64,000 nt of DNA from Puia sp. GTDB taxonomy: Bacteria; Bacteroidota; Bacteroidia; Chitinophagales; Chitinophagaceae. This document shows, piece after piece, positions 7,982 to 18,218 of the stretch. Both the position numbers and the translations under genes were made by a program. The notes under the pieces are model-generated. The model made no database searches and was not told the origin of the DNA. It was given only the letters and a program-made list of their open reading frames with translations. The stretch is from NCBI GenBank assembly GCA_035545935.1, contig DASZXP010000227.1, positions 655 to 64,654 on the forward strand, read 5' to 3'. The first letter of the stretch is position 1; the number at the start of each line of letters is the position of its first letter.

Positions 7982-8716
7982 ATGCCCCTGTCGAAGAAAA
8001 TAGCGTCGATCGTAGCCCTGATCGTCATATGGGAAGCCGCCTGCGTAAAGCACAACGGCAACCCCGTACTGGCGACTTCTCCGCTACAGGATACCATCCT
8101 CCCGACCCCTCCCGGCGACACCCTGACCTACCTGGCCCTGGGTGACAGCTATACCATCGGCCAGTCCGTGAGCGAATATGACCGCTATCCCGTACAGGTC
8201 GTACGGAATCTCCGAAGCGCCGGCTTCTATTATAGGGATCCCGACATCATTGCCGTGACAGGATGGACCACAGGCGATCTGCTGAATGCCACCCCCGACA
8301 CGGCCCCTCATCCGCCATATCATGCCGTCACCCTCCTCATCGGCGTGAACAACCAATACCAGTTCCGCACCCAATCGGAATATCGTACCCAGTTCACGGA
8401 ACTGTTGCAACGGTCCATTCGCCTGGCCGGCGACAATCCCAGCCATGTCCTTGTCCTCTCCATCCCCGACTATTCCGTAACCCCCTTTGCAAAAGGCCGT
8501 GACAGAGCCTATATCGCCGCACAGATCGACAGCTTCAACGCCATCAATAAAGAGATAGCCGCGAACTATCACACCGCCTGGCTCGATGTCACAGGCGAAA
8601 GCCGCAAAGCCGCCAACGACCCTTCGCTCATAGCCGGCGACAGCCTGCATTTTTCCGGTAAAGAATATGCTATCTGGGCAGAGATGATGACGCCCATAAT
8701 GAAGACGATGCACTAG
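7982..8716 (+). CDS. SGNH/GDSL hydrolase family protein, probably exported
   Basis: Blocks LALGDSYT, AVTGWTT, LIGVNN and GDSLH. Likely start MPLSKKIASIVALIVIWEAAC (track start 7964). Confidence 0.9.
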   Translation: MPLSKKIASIVALIVIWEAACVKHNGNPVLATSPLQDTILPTPPGDTLTYLALGDSYTIGQSVSEYDRYPVQVVRNLRSAGFYYRDPDIIAVTGWTTGDLLNATPDTAPHPPYHAVTLLIGVNNQYQFRTQSEYRTQFTELLQRSIRLAGDNPSHVLVLSIPDYSVTPFAKGRDRAYIAAQIDSFNAINKEIAANYHTAWLDVTGESRKAANDPSLIAGDSLHFSGKEYAIWAEMMTPIMKTMH

Positions 8717-10257
8717 AACTTGAACCCCACCGTCATTAGCATCGTCCCGGTCAGCTGCTTCAGGCTTGAAACCACATTGTTCTTGTCCGATAAAAGATAG
8801 GGGAAATTGACATCCTTCGAAACACAGGCCACAAAGGCCAGGTCCACGAACATACCCGCATCACGCCAGCCGCCGCCGGCCGTGAAGTACATCTTGTTTG
8901 CCTTTAGCTCTTTACTATCCTTATAAGGATTGGTATAGTATGCAAAACCCACCCGGCTGAAATACGTATCCCACTTCATCTCGCTCCCCAACCTGACCCC
9001 CAGGTAATTCTTATAAATACTCTTGATGGTGGAATTCACCGCATCGTAATAGTCATCCGGCCCGTCCGTGCCATCCTCATTCTCCGGCTTGAAATGCGAG
9101 CTCTTCGTGGTTACATACTCCACATCCGCCGTGATAAAACCCCGCTGATTCTTTACATCCTCTTCGCCGCCGCCAAGCAGATAGCTGCCGCTGGCGATAA
9201 ACCGCCAGGGAGTGTAGAGATTATAATTGACAGTATTGGCCGGACCATATGCCGCATCCAATTCACCCGTCGTCACCTGCTGCGGGACGGAATAAGCCTC
9301 CAGGCTCGTGCTCATGCTACCGCTGATCTTATCCTTGACAGCGATGACGCTGGGGGTATGGACCGCCAGACCCACACGCACCGAATTGACGGGCTTGAAG
9401 ATCACGCCCAGCTTGGCATTCAGGCCAAAGCCCCTGGACGTATATCGCTCCGTATAGGTATAGGACTCGAAATCGTTGTTGGTATTGCCGGACGCATCCA
9501 CCTCGCGATAGGTCTGCTCGCGGGTATAGCTAAGGATAGGGACCCCGATACCGCCTCCGATAAACCATTTGTCCGCGATGCCCGTGGCTAGGTTCAACGC
9601 TATCTCCGTAATACCGCCGCTGTTGTGCAGATCGTTCTGTTGTTTCACCGAACCCGCCTTTTGCGGCTGTGCCACCACCTGCAGCTGTCCATTGATCGTG
9701 GCCGTGTCGACCAGGTAGGTATACAGCGCCATACGGGTGCCATACGAATACAATCCGGGAGTAGAGATGGCCTTGTCGATATCCGGCTGGTTGCCATAGG
9801 CGAACTCCTCCGCATACTGCTCCGCGCCGGAACTGTAATTATTGATCCCCGTGTACGATATATGCTGGTTGAAGCTGGCTGTCTGATTGACGGCAATGGA
9901 AAAGACGCTGTTGTTGCCATTGTAGCCCGTATGGCCGGTTACCAGGCCACTCACGCCCAGATTGAAATGAGAGGCGGTAACGCTGCTGTTATTGGTGTTG
10001 AGATAATTCGCCTTATTCCGCATCAGCTGCCAGCCGGGGCTGAGGACGATCTCCCGGGTCCGGTAGAATCCGAGGCCGGCCGGATTGACAAAATTGGAGG
10101 AGATCTCTCCGCCGAGGGAACCCATGGCGCCGCCGATGGCCTGTTCGCGCGCCGTTCCGCCGGGTGTCGTCCAGGAAGCCCTAAGCGCATCTTCCGGTAA
10201 CTGGGCGGTCAGTCGAAGGCATAACAATATACCTATGAAAGTTAGGAGTCTTTTCAT
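8713..10257 (-). CDS. OmpP1/FadL-family outer-membrane beta-barrel
   Basis: Signal peptide, GGTAREQAIGGAMGSLGG..S...NPAGLG N-terminus and a terminal VGFKF beta-signal. Confidence 0.8.
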   Translation of the reverse strand: MKRLLTFIGILLCLRLTAQLPEDALRASWTTPGGTAREQAIGGAMGSLGGEISSNFVNPAGLGFYRTREIVLSPGWQLMRNKANYLNTNNSSVTASHFNLGVSGLVTGHTGYNGNNSVFSIAVNQTASFNQHISYTGINNYSSGAEQYAEEFAYGNQPDIDKAISTPGLYSYGTRMALYTYLVDTATINGQLQVVAQPQKAGSVKQQNDLHNSGGITEIALNLATGIADKWFIGGGIGVPILSYTREQTYREVDASGNTNNDFESYTYTERYTSRGFGLNAKLGVIFKPVNSVRVGLAVHTPSVIAVKDKISGSMSTSLEAYSVPQQVTTGELDAAYGPANTVNYNLYTPWRFIASGSYLLGGGEEDVKNQRGFITADVEYVTTKSSHFKPENEDGTDGPDDYYDAVNSTIKSIYKNYLGVRLGSEMKWDTYFSRVGFAYYTNPYKDSKELKANKMYFTAGGGWRDAGMFVDLAFVACVSKDVNFPYLLSDKNNVVSSLKQLTGTMLMTVGFKF

Positions 10258-10293
10258 AATGGGAGTGGAATGCTAAAAGTAATGTGTTAGAAA

Positions 10294-10380
10294 AGGCTTC
10301 GTCACGAGAGCTTCGCTCGTATCCTTCGTCGGCTCCAACACTGTTGGACCTTTCCTCGGATACCTGGGACCTACTGTCCC
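10294..10380 (-). repeat. Hairpin mosaic related to the groEL 3' element
   Basis: Minus strand reads GGGAC-AGTAG-GTCCC...CCGAGGA-[20 nt with TCCAAC-AGT-GTTGGA]-CCGACGAAGG...ACGAGC-GAA-GCTCTCGT. Confidence 0.6.
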
Positions 10381-10411
10381 TGATCGAACTGGCTCCTGGC
10401 CGTCGCCGGGA

Positions 10412-11278
10412 TTAGTGCCGTACAGGCCTGCTGCTGCCTCCGCCACCACCACCGGAAGGAGGTGAATAGCTTCTGACAGGCTGGCTGCCACCAAAACTAC
10501 CGGAATTGGAGCTGGGTCTTGTGGAATAGCTCGAATTCGTATTGGGGGTGGAGTAGGAGGGCCTGTAGTAATTCCTGTTGCTGCTGCTGTTCCCGTTGCT
10601 GTAGCCGTTGATATACCGGTTGCCGGTGCCGCGGGACTGCAGCTCATTGCTATAAGCCGTGGGCGCGGGACGATAGCTCCGGTTGTTGCTATTGGTGACC
10701 CGGGCGACCAGACCATCGCGATAGCTTGTACCGTTGAAAGCGCGCAGGTGAGTATATACGTTGTTGTTATAGGGAGACCCTTTCACTACGAGGACGCCGC
10801 CTCCGTAATAAGGATTGTAGAAATACGGGTTGTAATAGCTGTTCCACATGAAGTAGCTGTTCCAACCAAAATAGGGATCTCCGAATCCGAGTCCCAGTCC
10901 CAGACCATAGTAGGACCCATAAAGCGGATAACCGTAGCCATATCCAAAGCCCATCGAATAGTAAGGGCTGACGGCGGCAGGACTGTAATAGCTATCGTAT
11001 GCGTTGTAATCGTCGAAATAGGACCAGCGGGCTTCGTCCTGGGCTTTCATCCGGACATAATTGTCGCTGGGCGCCGTGCTGTAATATTCTCCATTGGAAC
11101 CACTGCGGGAGCTGCGGGGGCTGTAATAACCGGCATCTTCATCGGATGCGGCGGCAACGGCGTTCTTCGAGCCGGGGGAATAATAGACATCGTCCGGAGT
11201 CTGTTGCGTCTTTCGGGAGGAAGAGCAGCTGCTCATCAGGATAAGACCAACGGCCAGGAAGGGTAGTATGTGTCTCAT
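10412..11278 (-). CDS. Hypothetical Tyr/Gly/Ser/Asn-rich lipoprotein
   Basis: Likely start MRHILPFLAVGLILMSSC (lipobox), followed by a low-complexity body. Co-oriented with the FadL-like gene. Confidence 0.75.
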   Translation of the reverse strand: MRHILPFLAVGLILMSSCSSSRKTQQTPDDVYYSPGSKNAVAAASDEDAGYYSPRSSRSGSNGEYYSTAPSDNYVRMKAQDEARWSYFDDYNAYDSYYSPAAVSPYYSMGFGYGYGYPLYGSYYGLGLGLGFGDPYFGWNSYFMWNSYYNPYFYNPYYGGGVLVVKGSPYNNNVYTHLRAFNGTSYRDGLVARVTNSNNRSYRPAPTAYSNELQSRGTGNRYINGYSNGNSSSNRNYYRPSYSTPNTNSSYSTRPSSNSGSFGGSQPVRSYSPPSGGGGGGSSRPVRH

Positions 11279-11423
11279 GGCGAAAGCGTTTAGTGTTTTT
11301 CGGATGAAGTTGCTACCTTCGCGCAACTTAACATCGTATTAAGGTAAAGTTACGATAAATTATCAGCGTTAATAACGAAATATAGTGGATAATTGTTAAA
11401 AGCTGATTAATAATAGGTTCAAT

Positions 11424-12899
11424 ATGAGCAAAGAGATCACAAGCCGGGCACAGGATTATTCGCAATGGTACAATGACCTGATCGTCAAGGGTAATCTGGC
11501 CGACCATTCCGGGGTCAAAGGATGTATGGTGATAAAACCCTACGGTTTTGCCCTTTGGGAGAATATGCGCGATCAGCTGGACAGGATGTTCAAGGATACG
11601 GGACACGTCAATGCCTATTTTCCCCTCTTCATCCCCAAGAGCTTTCTCAGCAAGGAAGCCGCCCACGTGGAAGGCTTTGCCAAGGAATGCGCCGTCGTGA
11701 CGCATTACAGGCTGAAGAACGATCCAAATGGGGGAGGAGTGATCGTCGACCCCGAAGCCAAACTGGAAGAAGAGCTCATCGTTCGTCCCACCAGCGAGAC
11801 CATCATCTGGAACACCTATAAAGGCTGGATCCGTAGCTACCGTGACCTCCCCTTGCTCATCAACCAATGGGCCAATGTCGTACGGTGGGAAATGAGGACC
11901 CGTCTCTTCCTCCGCACCGCGGAATTCCTCTGGCAGGAAGGACATACTGCCCATGCTACGGCTAAAGAAGCCATTGCGGAGGCCGAACAGATGCTGGAGG
12001 TCTATGCCACTTTTGTCGAAGAATACATGGCCGTGCCGGTGATCCGGGGCGTCAAGACGGAAAGCGAACGCTTTGCCGGCGCCGTCGATACCTATTGCAT
12101 AGAGGCGCTGATGCAGGATGGAAAAGCCTTGCAGGCCGGCACCTCCCACTTCCTCGGTCAGAACTTCGCCAAAGCCTTCGACGTAAAATTCTCCGATAAG
12201 GATAACAAGCTGGACTATGTTTGGGCCACCAGCTGGGGAGTAAGCACCCGTCTCATCGGCGGGCTCGTCATGGCGCACAGCGATGACGAAGGACTGATAT
12301 TGCCGCCCCGCATCGCACCGCTGCAGGCCGTCATCGTCCCCATCTACAAAGGCGAGGAAAAGAAGGACCAGCTGGATGCCAAAGGGAAAGAGCTCACCGC
12401 GCAGCTCAAGGCCGCCGGCGTCCGTGTCAAATACGACGACAACGACAATGCCCGTCCCGGTTGGAAATTCGCCGAATATGAAATGAAAGGAGTGCCCGTC
12501 CGGATCGCCATGGGGTTGCGCGACCTGGAGAACGGGGTCGTGGAGATCGCCCGCCGGGACACAAGGGAAAAGACCTCCGTTCCCATGGAAGGACTGGCCG
12601 CCTATGTGACGAATTTATTGGAGACCATCCAAAAAACCATGTATGAAAAGGCGCTGAGTTTCCGGCAGGAACACATCACCCGCGTCGACACCTGGGACGA
12701 ATTCGAAAAAATACTCAACGGAAAGGGTGGGTTCATATCCGCCCATTGGGATGGCACTGCGGCCACCGAAGAGGCCATCAAGGATAAGACAAAGGCCACC
12801 ATTCGCTGCATCCCGCTGAACAACCCTGCCGAAGAGGGAAAATGCATCCTGACGGGTAAGCCGAGCAAACAACGGGTGCTTTTTGCAATAGCTTATTAG
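11424..12899 (+). CDS. proS: Proline--tRNA ligase (archaeal/eukaryotic type)
   Basis: [33 protein letters not shown] and a C-terminal LFAIAY. Confidence 0.97.
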   Translation: MSKEITSRAQDYSQWYNDLIVKGNLADHSGVKGCMVIKPYGFALWENMRDQLDRMFKDTGHVNAYFPLFIPKSFLSKEAAHVEGFAKECAVVTHYRLKNDPNGGGVIVDPEAKLEEELIVRPTSETIIWNTYKGWIRSYRDLPLLINQWANVVRWEMRTRLFLRTAEFLWQEGHTAHATAKEAIAEAEQMLEVYATFVEEYMAVPVIRGVKTESERFAGAVDTYCIEALMQDGKALQAGTSHFLGQNFAKAFDVKFSDKDNKLDYVWATSWGVSTRLIGGLVMAHSDDEGLILPPRIAPLQAVIVPIYKGEEKKDQLDAKGKELTAQLKAAGVRVKYDDNDNARPGWKFAEYEMKGVPVRIAMGLRDLENGVVEIARRDTREKTSVPMEGLAAYVTNLLETIQKTMYEKALSFRQEHITRVDTWDEFEKILNGKGGFISAHWDGTAATEEAIKDKTKATIRCIPLNNPAEEGKCILTGKPSKQRVLFAIAY

Positions 12900-12929
12900 C
12901 CAGTACGTTTATAGGATAAAACCCCTTCT

Positions 12930-13361
12930 ATGGACACAAACAATACCGTCAGCCTGTTCGAGCTCCAGGTCGACCACGAGTCTACTATCTATCTTCGGGA
13001 GAGCGCCAAATGGGCAAGATTTCTTGCTACCCTGGGCTTTGTATGGTGCGGTATCCTCATTCTGATCGGTCTGTCTATCCTGGCGACAAGAACAAAGGCT
13101 TACAGCGGCTCCGACTTAGGCATAGGTTATACCGTCGGCCTGTCCGCCGGCTACATGATCATAGCCGTGATCAATTTCTTCCCCTGTCTCTACACGAACA
13201 ATTTTGCCCGAAGGATGAGGACGGCCTTGCAGAACAATGACCAGGAACAGCTGAACAGCTCCCTGAAAAGTCTGAAAGCCGTCATGCGCTATCTGGGGAT
13301 CACGGCTATTGTAGGACTGGCCCTGCTGGTGGTGGTGATCCTGTTCAACCTGTTTGGATAG
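12930..13361 (+). CDS. DUF5362-like small membrane protein
   Basis: LRESAKWARFLA.LGF start with three hydrophobic segments; family assigned from memory. Confidence 0.65.
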   Translation: MDTNNTVSLFELQVDHESTIYLRESAKWARFLATLGFVWCGILILIGLSILATRTKAYSGSDLGIGYTVGLSAGYMIIAVINFFPCLYTNNFARRMRTALQNNDQEQLNSSLKSLKAVMRYLGITAIVGLALLVVVILFNLFG

Positions 13362-13370
13362 TCCGCGGTA

Positions 13371-14129
13371 TTACTGGGTGGAATAGTAATTATAATCCTT
13401 CAAAAGAGTTTCCAGGAATTCCAGCGAATCCTGATCGCTGGAGATATTCAGCTTCGCCTTGATCCTTTCCCCGATGCGAAAGGAAAGATCATAATCCCTC
13501 TTTCGCTGCACCGTATTGATGATGCTTTTCAGCGTATTGATATCCTTATCCGTGAGCTGCATCACCTGGGGGAACCTGGGCTGGTAATTGGTCCCCAGCT
13601 CCGTGAATACCGTGTCTTCCCAGGAAGTATGCGTCTTGGTATCGATGACGATGGTGCCCGCCACCAGGTCCCCGATGCGCTGGGTCAGCGGCGTGGCCAG
13701 CACGCAGACCAGCCCCGAGAAAAGGAAGATCATGAGCCACCAATCCGCGTCGACATACCGGATAAAACCTAGTATCCAGATAGGGAAATCCGCCAGCCGG
13801 AACGCCCACCGTATGAGGTATTGACTCAGAGAAGGCTGTCCTCCGTCCAGGGTGATCACCCGGATGGCCATGGCCTTTTTCCCGATGCTCTGACCATGAA
13901 GGGTTATCTCGCAGATAAGATGATAGAACAGGGGCGGTATGCTCAGCAGCACATATACCCATAGCTCTTCCTCATCCCAGCCCAGGGCCGAAGCCATCTT
14001 GTTCATCATAAAATAGTAGCCGAACAGGACGGTCAGGTCGATCAGCCAGGCAAACATCCGCTTGTGGAAAGGAGTGATGGCAAACTCTACTTCTATGTTG
14101 AAGCCGGTGTCTAATTTTACGATGGGCAT
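13371..14129 (-). CDS. RDD family membrane protein
   Basis: KRMFAWLID, GQSIGKKAMAIRV and QRIGDLVAGT motifs. Confidence 0.9.
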   Translation of the reverse strand: MPIVKLDTGFNIEVEFAITPFHKRMFAWLIDLTVLFGYYFMMNKMASALGWDEEELWVYVLLSIPPLFYHLICEITLHGQSIGKKAMAIRVITLDGGQPSLSQYLIRWAFRLADFPIWILGFIRYVDADWWLMIFLFSGLVCVLATPLTQRIGDLVAGTIVIDTKTHTSWEDTVFTELGTNYQPRFPQVMQLTDKDINTLKSIINTVQRKRDYDLSFRIGERIKAKLNISSDQDSLEFLETLLKDYNYYSTQ

Positions 14130-14199
14130 ATGGTGACTTCGGGATGGTAAAGATTATTTACTATATTGTATCCGTAAATATAAAGCTAAATCTTCCGAC

Positions 14200-15150
14200 G
14201 TGCGAGAAGGACTTTTTATTAAGAAAAATATTGATAAGTGGAAACAATATCAATATGAGGAGACATCCGATCCTGATGAAATGGCAGGACAATTCACCGA
14301 GCTGGTGAACGATCTGGGCTATGCAAAAACATTTTACCCGCACAGTAAGGTAACGCAGTATCTCAATGGATTGTCATCCCGGATCTATCTGGGGATCTAC
14401 CGTAATAAGAAGGAACAGACATCCCGGATCCTCAACTTCTGGCGCAAGGAATTACCCCTCGTGATCCGCAAGCACCACCGCGAGCTCCTGTACGCTTTCC
14501 TGATCTTTATGCTTTTTGTCATTTTCGGGGCTTTTTCCACCGCCCATGATCAGACATTCGTCAGGGGGATCCTGGGCGATCAATATATGGATGTGACGGA
14601 AGACAATATTGCCAAAGGCGACCCGTTCGGTATCTACAAGTCCGAGTCACAATTGAACATGTTCCTCTGGATAGCCAAGAACAACATCGAAGTATCCTTC
14701 ATGGTATTCATATGCGGATTCCTCGTCTCCATCGGCACCGTCTGGCAGCTGTTCACGAATGGCGTCATGCTGGGAGTTTTTCAATACTATTTCTTTTCAA
14801 AAGGACTGGGATGGCAATCCGTGCTTGTCATCTGGATACATGGTACGCTGGAAATATCTTCCATCATAATAGCAGGGGCTGCCGGCTTCGTATTGGGCAA
14901 CAGCATTCTTTTCCCGGGGACGCACAAGCGATTGCATTCCCTGAAACAGGGAGGCAAGGACGGGGTAAAAATGATGATCGGACTGATGCCCATGTTCATC
15001 GTAGCCGCTTTTTTGGAGGGGTTCGTCACACGATATTCCGGTATGCCTGTCTGGCTGAGCATATCCATTCTTGCCGCTTCATTGACCTTTGTCATCTGGT
15101 ACTTTATCATCTATCCACGTCGTCTTGCATCCAAACTCTCCTTAAACTAA
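14200..15150 (+). CDS. Stage II sporulation protein M (SpoIIM)-family membrane protein
   Basis: GTG start MREGLFIKKN..W; DLGYAKTFYP, NNIEV, IHGTLE and AAFLEGFVT motifs. Confidence 0.88.
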   Translation: MREGLFIKKNIDKWKQYQYEETSDPDEMAGQFTELVNDLGYAKTFYPHSKVTQYLNGLSSRIYLGIYRNKKEQTSRILNFWRKELPLVIRKHHRELLYAFLIFMLFVIFGAFSTAHDQTFVRGILGDQYMDVTEDNIAKGDPFGIYKSESQLNMFLWIAKNNIEVSFMVFICGFLVSIGTVWQLFTNGVMLGVFQYYFFSKGLGWQSVLVIWIHGTLEISSIIIAGAAGFVLGNSILFPGTHKRLHSLKQGGKDGVKMMIGLMPMFIVAAFLEGFVTRYSGMPVWLSISILAASLTFVIWYFIIYPRRLASKLSLN

Positions 15151-15154
15151 ACGC

Positions 15155-16027
15155 ATGGGTTTACGCCTGCTTCTCCTGACCTTGACCTTACTGCTGACGA
15201 CGCTGCAAAGCCCGGCGCAACGGCATCACCGGCGCGGGTATGAACAACGTACCCAACATGCCAGCCGTCTGCCCGACTCCGTGAGCACATCCGATGAGGA
15301 GATCAAACTCTCTTCTTCGGAAGAGGGCAACGCTTCCGTAGATACCCCGACAGAGGAGGTCAAGGTGGATTCCGTACAGAAAGATATTTCCACTGAAACG
15401 GACACGTCGGTGCGCGAGACGCCGGAACCGCTTGTGCTGCGCTCCATTCCCGACACTGCCGTCCGCCGCTGGAAGAACGACCATGATTTCGACTATGCCA
15501 ATGACCCTTCTTTGTGGAAGCAGTCGGATGAAAAAGAAAGCCTGCTGCAGCGGTTCTTCAATAGTGATGGCTTCCGCTGGTTTATTTATCTTCTCTTAGG
15601 CGGCATACTGCTTTATGCGCTATACAAGATCATTTCGGAGAACAACCTTCGCTTTTTCTACCGGAAGCCGACCCGGCTAAAGGGAACCTCGCTGGAAGAG
15701 GCCGAGCTGCCCGAAGAGGACCTGGACCAGCTGTTAAGACATGCATTGGAGTCGGGAGAATACCGCATGGCTACCCGGTATCTTTATCTAAAGACCCTGC
15801 GTCACCTGGACTCTCTGGAGCTCATCCGCTGGCATAGCCAGGCCACGGATGAAGAATACCTGCGCCAGATGGATGCAAAGCCCCAGGGAGGACGTTTTCG
15901 CTGGCTTACTTCCGCCTATGAGCGGGTCTGGTATGGCAAGTTCCCTTTGGATGAACATCAGTTTGCAAGGCTGTCACAATATTTTCAGGACTTTCGTAAC
16001 GATATCGATCATCCCCAACATTCATGA
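15155..16027 (+). CDS. DUF4129 domain protein
   Basis: Signal peptide, one TM helix and C-terminal YR.ATRYLYLKTL..L...TDEEYL...YERVWYG. Confidence 0.8.
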   Translation: MGLRLLLLTLTLLLTTLQSPAQRHHRRGYEQRTQHASRLPDSVSTSDEEIKLSSSEEGNASVDTPTEEVKVDSVQKDISTETDTSVRETPEPLVLRSIPDTAVRRWKNDHDFDYANDPSLWKQSDEKESLLQRFFNSDGFRWFIYLLLGGILLYALYKIISENNLRFFYRKPTRLKGTSLEEAELPEEDLDQLLRHALESGEYRMATRYLYLKTLRHLDSLELIRWHSQATDEEYLRQMDAKPQGGRFRWLTSAYERVWYGKFPLDEHQFARLSQYFQDFRNDIDHPQHS

Positions 16028-17238
16028 ACCTTATCAACGATATCTTCAGGGGGCTGAAAAGCCTGCGTGGCTGGATGGCGGCATCCCTCCTTATCATGCT
16101 GATATCCTGCAACGATAAAAAAAGCACGCCGAGCCAGCGGGTAACGCTCTGGCGCAAGGACAAGCTGCCTTACGGCACTTTTATTGCATATGAAAGCCTG
16201 CCGTATCTTTTCCCCAATGCCGAGATCTCCGTCAATCGAAAGGATATGACATCCCTCTCGCAAAATGATGGGAAAAAAGCGCTGATCTTTATCGGATATT
16301 ATGCCGACCCCGAACCTTTGGACCTCAATGCGCTGATGAATTTTGTGGGCAATGGAAATCACGTCTTCATATCGGCCCTTTATTTCGGCGACACCCTGCT
16401 GAATACCTTGAATGTCCGGTTGGGCAAGGAGGGAGAGATGAAGGAGGACAGTCTGCGTGTCAGTGTATACCGGCCTGTCACGAACGACTCGCTCTCTTAT
16501 GCTTATCCCGGCTTTGCATTCGACAGATGGATAGATTCCATGGACACCAAATACGCAACGGTGCTGGGCAGGGATGAAAAAGGGCGTCCCGATCTCATCC
16601 GGTTCACCTACAAAGGAGGAGGATCGATACTCCTGCATTTTGCCCCCCTGGCATTCAGCAACTATTTCCTGCTTCATAAGAATAATAAGACATACTACGA
16701 TAATGTGCTCTCCTATATTCCCCAAAGCGTCAACGAGGTGATATGGGACGAATCCTTCCGGTATAACAAGCGGAAAAGATTTTCGGCGCTTGACTATATC
16801 CTGAACAGCAAGAACCCGGCGGGACAGCCGTCATTGTCCTGGGCTTTATGCCTGTTGCTGTTCCTTTTCCTTCTCATCTACCTGTTCGAATCCAAACGCA
16901 AGCAACGGACAGTACCCGTGATCGCCCCTTTACGCAATACTTCCCTGGATTTTGTAACTACCATCGGTCGCCTGTATTATCAGCGAAGGGACAATCAGAA
17001 CCTGGCCGCCAAGATGGCGACCCATTTTCAGGACTACATCCGCACAAAGTATAATATTCCCGTGCATCTTTCCGACCCCGCATTTGTCGAGCGGTTGTCT
17101 TACAGGACGGGTATCGATAAGGATTTCCTGCACGGGCTGGCAAAGGATATCCTGCGCATGCAGCAGGGTGGGAACGTAATGGATAACAAGCTGCTGGAGC
17201 TAAACCAAAAACTGGAAGAATTTTATAAACAAGCATAA
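16024..17238 (+). CDS. DUF4350 domain protein
   Basis: KDKLPYGT, FVGNGNHVFISA, AFSNYFLL and DFVTTIGRLY motifs. ATGA overlap with the upstream gene. Confidence 0.75.
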   Translation: MNLINDIFRGLKSLRGWMAASLLIMLISCNDKKSTPSQRVTLWRKDKLPYGTFIAYESLPYLFPNAEISVNRKDMTSLSQNDGKKALIFIGYYADPEPLDLNALMNFVGNGNHVFISALYFGDTLLNTLNVRLGKEGEMKEDSLRVSVYRPVTNDSLSYAYPGFAFDRWIDSMDTKYATVLGRDEKGRPDLIRFTYKGGGSILLHFAPLAFSNYFLLHKNNKTYYDNVLSYIPQSVNEVIWDESFRYNKRKRFSALDYILNSKNPAGQPSLSWALCLLLFLFLLIYLFESKRKQRTVPVIAPLRNTSLDFVTTIGRLYYQRRDNQNLAAKMATHFQDYIRTKYNIPVHLSDPAFVERLSYRTGIDKDFLHGLAKDILRMQQGGNVMDNKLLELNQKLEEFYKQA

Positions 17239-17240
17239 AA

Positions 17241-18218
17241 ATGGAAGAAAATCTTTTCGAACAACGGACTGACCTGAGCGTACTGCAACAGACCATCGGG
17301 GAGCTCAAGACGGAGATAGGCAAGGTGATCGTGGGACAGGAGCAGATGATCGAACTGTTGCTGGCAGGCATCATGGCGGATGGACATATATTGATAGAAG
17401 GTGTCCCCGGCGTGGCCAAGACACTCACGGCCAAGCTGTTGAGCAGGGCCATTTCCGTAAACTTCTCGCGTATACAGTTTACGCCCGATCTTATGCCCAG
17501 CGATGTCATCGGGACCTCCATCTTCAATCCCCGGGAGAACACATTCCAGTTCAAGCCGGGACCCATTTTCAGCAATATCGTGCTCATCGATGAGATCAAC
17601 AGGGCCCCCGCCAAGACCCAGTCCGCCCTTTTCGAGGTGATGCAGGAAAAACAGATCACGGTGGACGGCCAGACCTTTGTAATGCCGCCTCCTTTTATGG
17701 TCGTAGCTACACAAAACCCCATTGAACAGGAAGGCACCTACCATCTTCCGGAAGCGCAGCTGGACAGGTTCCTGTTCAAGATCAACGTGGGATATCCCAC
17801 CCTCGAGCAGGAATTCCGTATCGTCTATGATCATCACCTGGCCGGGACGGAACAACGCATGGACCAGGTCCGCCCCGTACTATCGGCCCAGCGTATCGAT
17901 GAATTGCGCAAACAGGTGCATGTGCTGGTAGTGGAAGAAAAGCTGATACAATTCATTACCTCTATCGTAGCCGCTACACGTAATCACAAATCCATATATC
18001 TTGGAGCGTCGCCACGCGCCAGCATCGGCATCCTCAATGGAGCAAAAGCCCTGGCAGCCATGCGGGGACGCGACTTCGTCCTGCCGGACGATATCGTATA
18101 CATAGCCCCCGCCGTCCTCCGTCACCGGCTGGTGCTGACGCCCGAAAAGGAAATGGAAGGCGCGTCCACCGATGACGTTATTGGAGAAATCATTCAATCT
18201 ATTGAAATACCACGGTAA
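17241..18218 (+). CDS. MoxR family AAA+ ATPase
   Basis: Walker A EGVPGVAKT, RIQFTPDLMPSD, Walker B LIDEINRA, ATQNPIEQEGTY.LPEAQLDRF and GASPRA. Confidence 0.96.
   Translation: MEENLFEQRTDLSVLQQTIGELKTEIGKVIVGQEQMIELLLAGIMADGHILIEGVPGVAKTLTAKLLSRAISVNFSRIQFTPDLMPSDVIGTSIFNPRENTFQFKPGPIFSNIVLIDEINRAPAKTQSALFEVMQEKQITVDGQTFVMPPPFMVVATQNPIEQEGTYHLPEAQLDRFLFKINVGYPTLEQEFRIVYDHHLAGTEQRMDQVRPVLSAQRIDELRKQVHVLVVEEKLIQFITSIVAATRNHKSIYLGASPRASIGILNGAKALAAMRGRDFVLPDDIVYIAPAVLRHRLVLTPEKEMEGASTDDVIGEIIQSIEIPR

Noticed and set aside
11424-12899. Eukaryote-like ProRS (and type II IDH at 44508-45740) as horizontal transfer from eukaryotes
   Set aside because: These are the usual forms in Bacteroidota, and codon style matches neighbouring genes.
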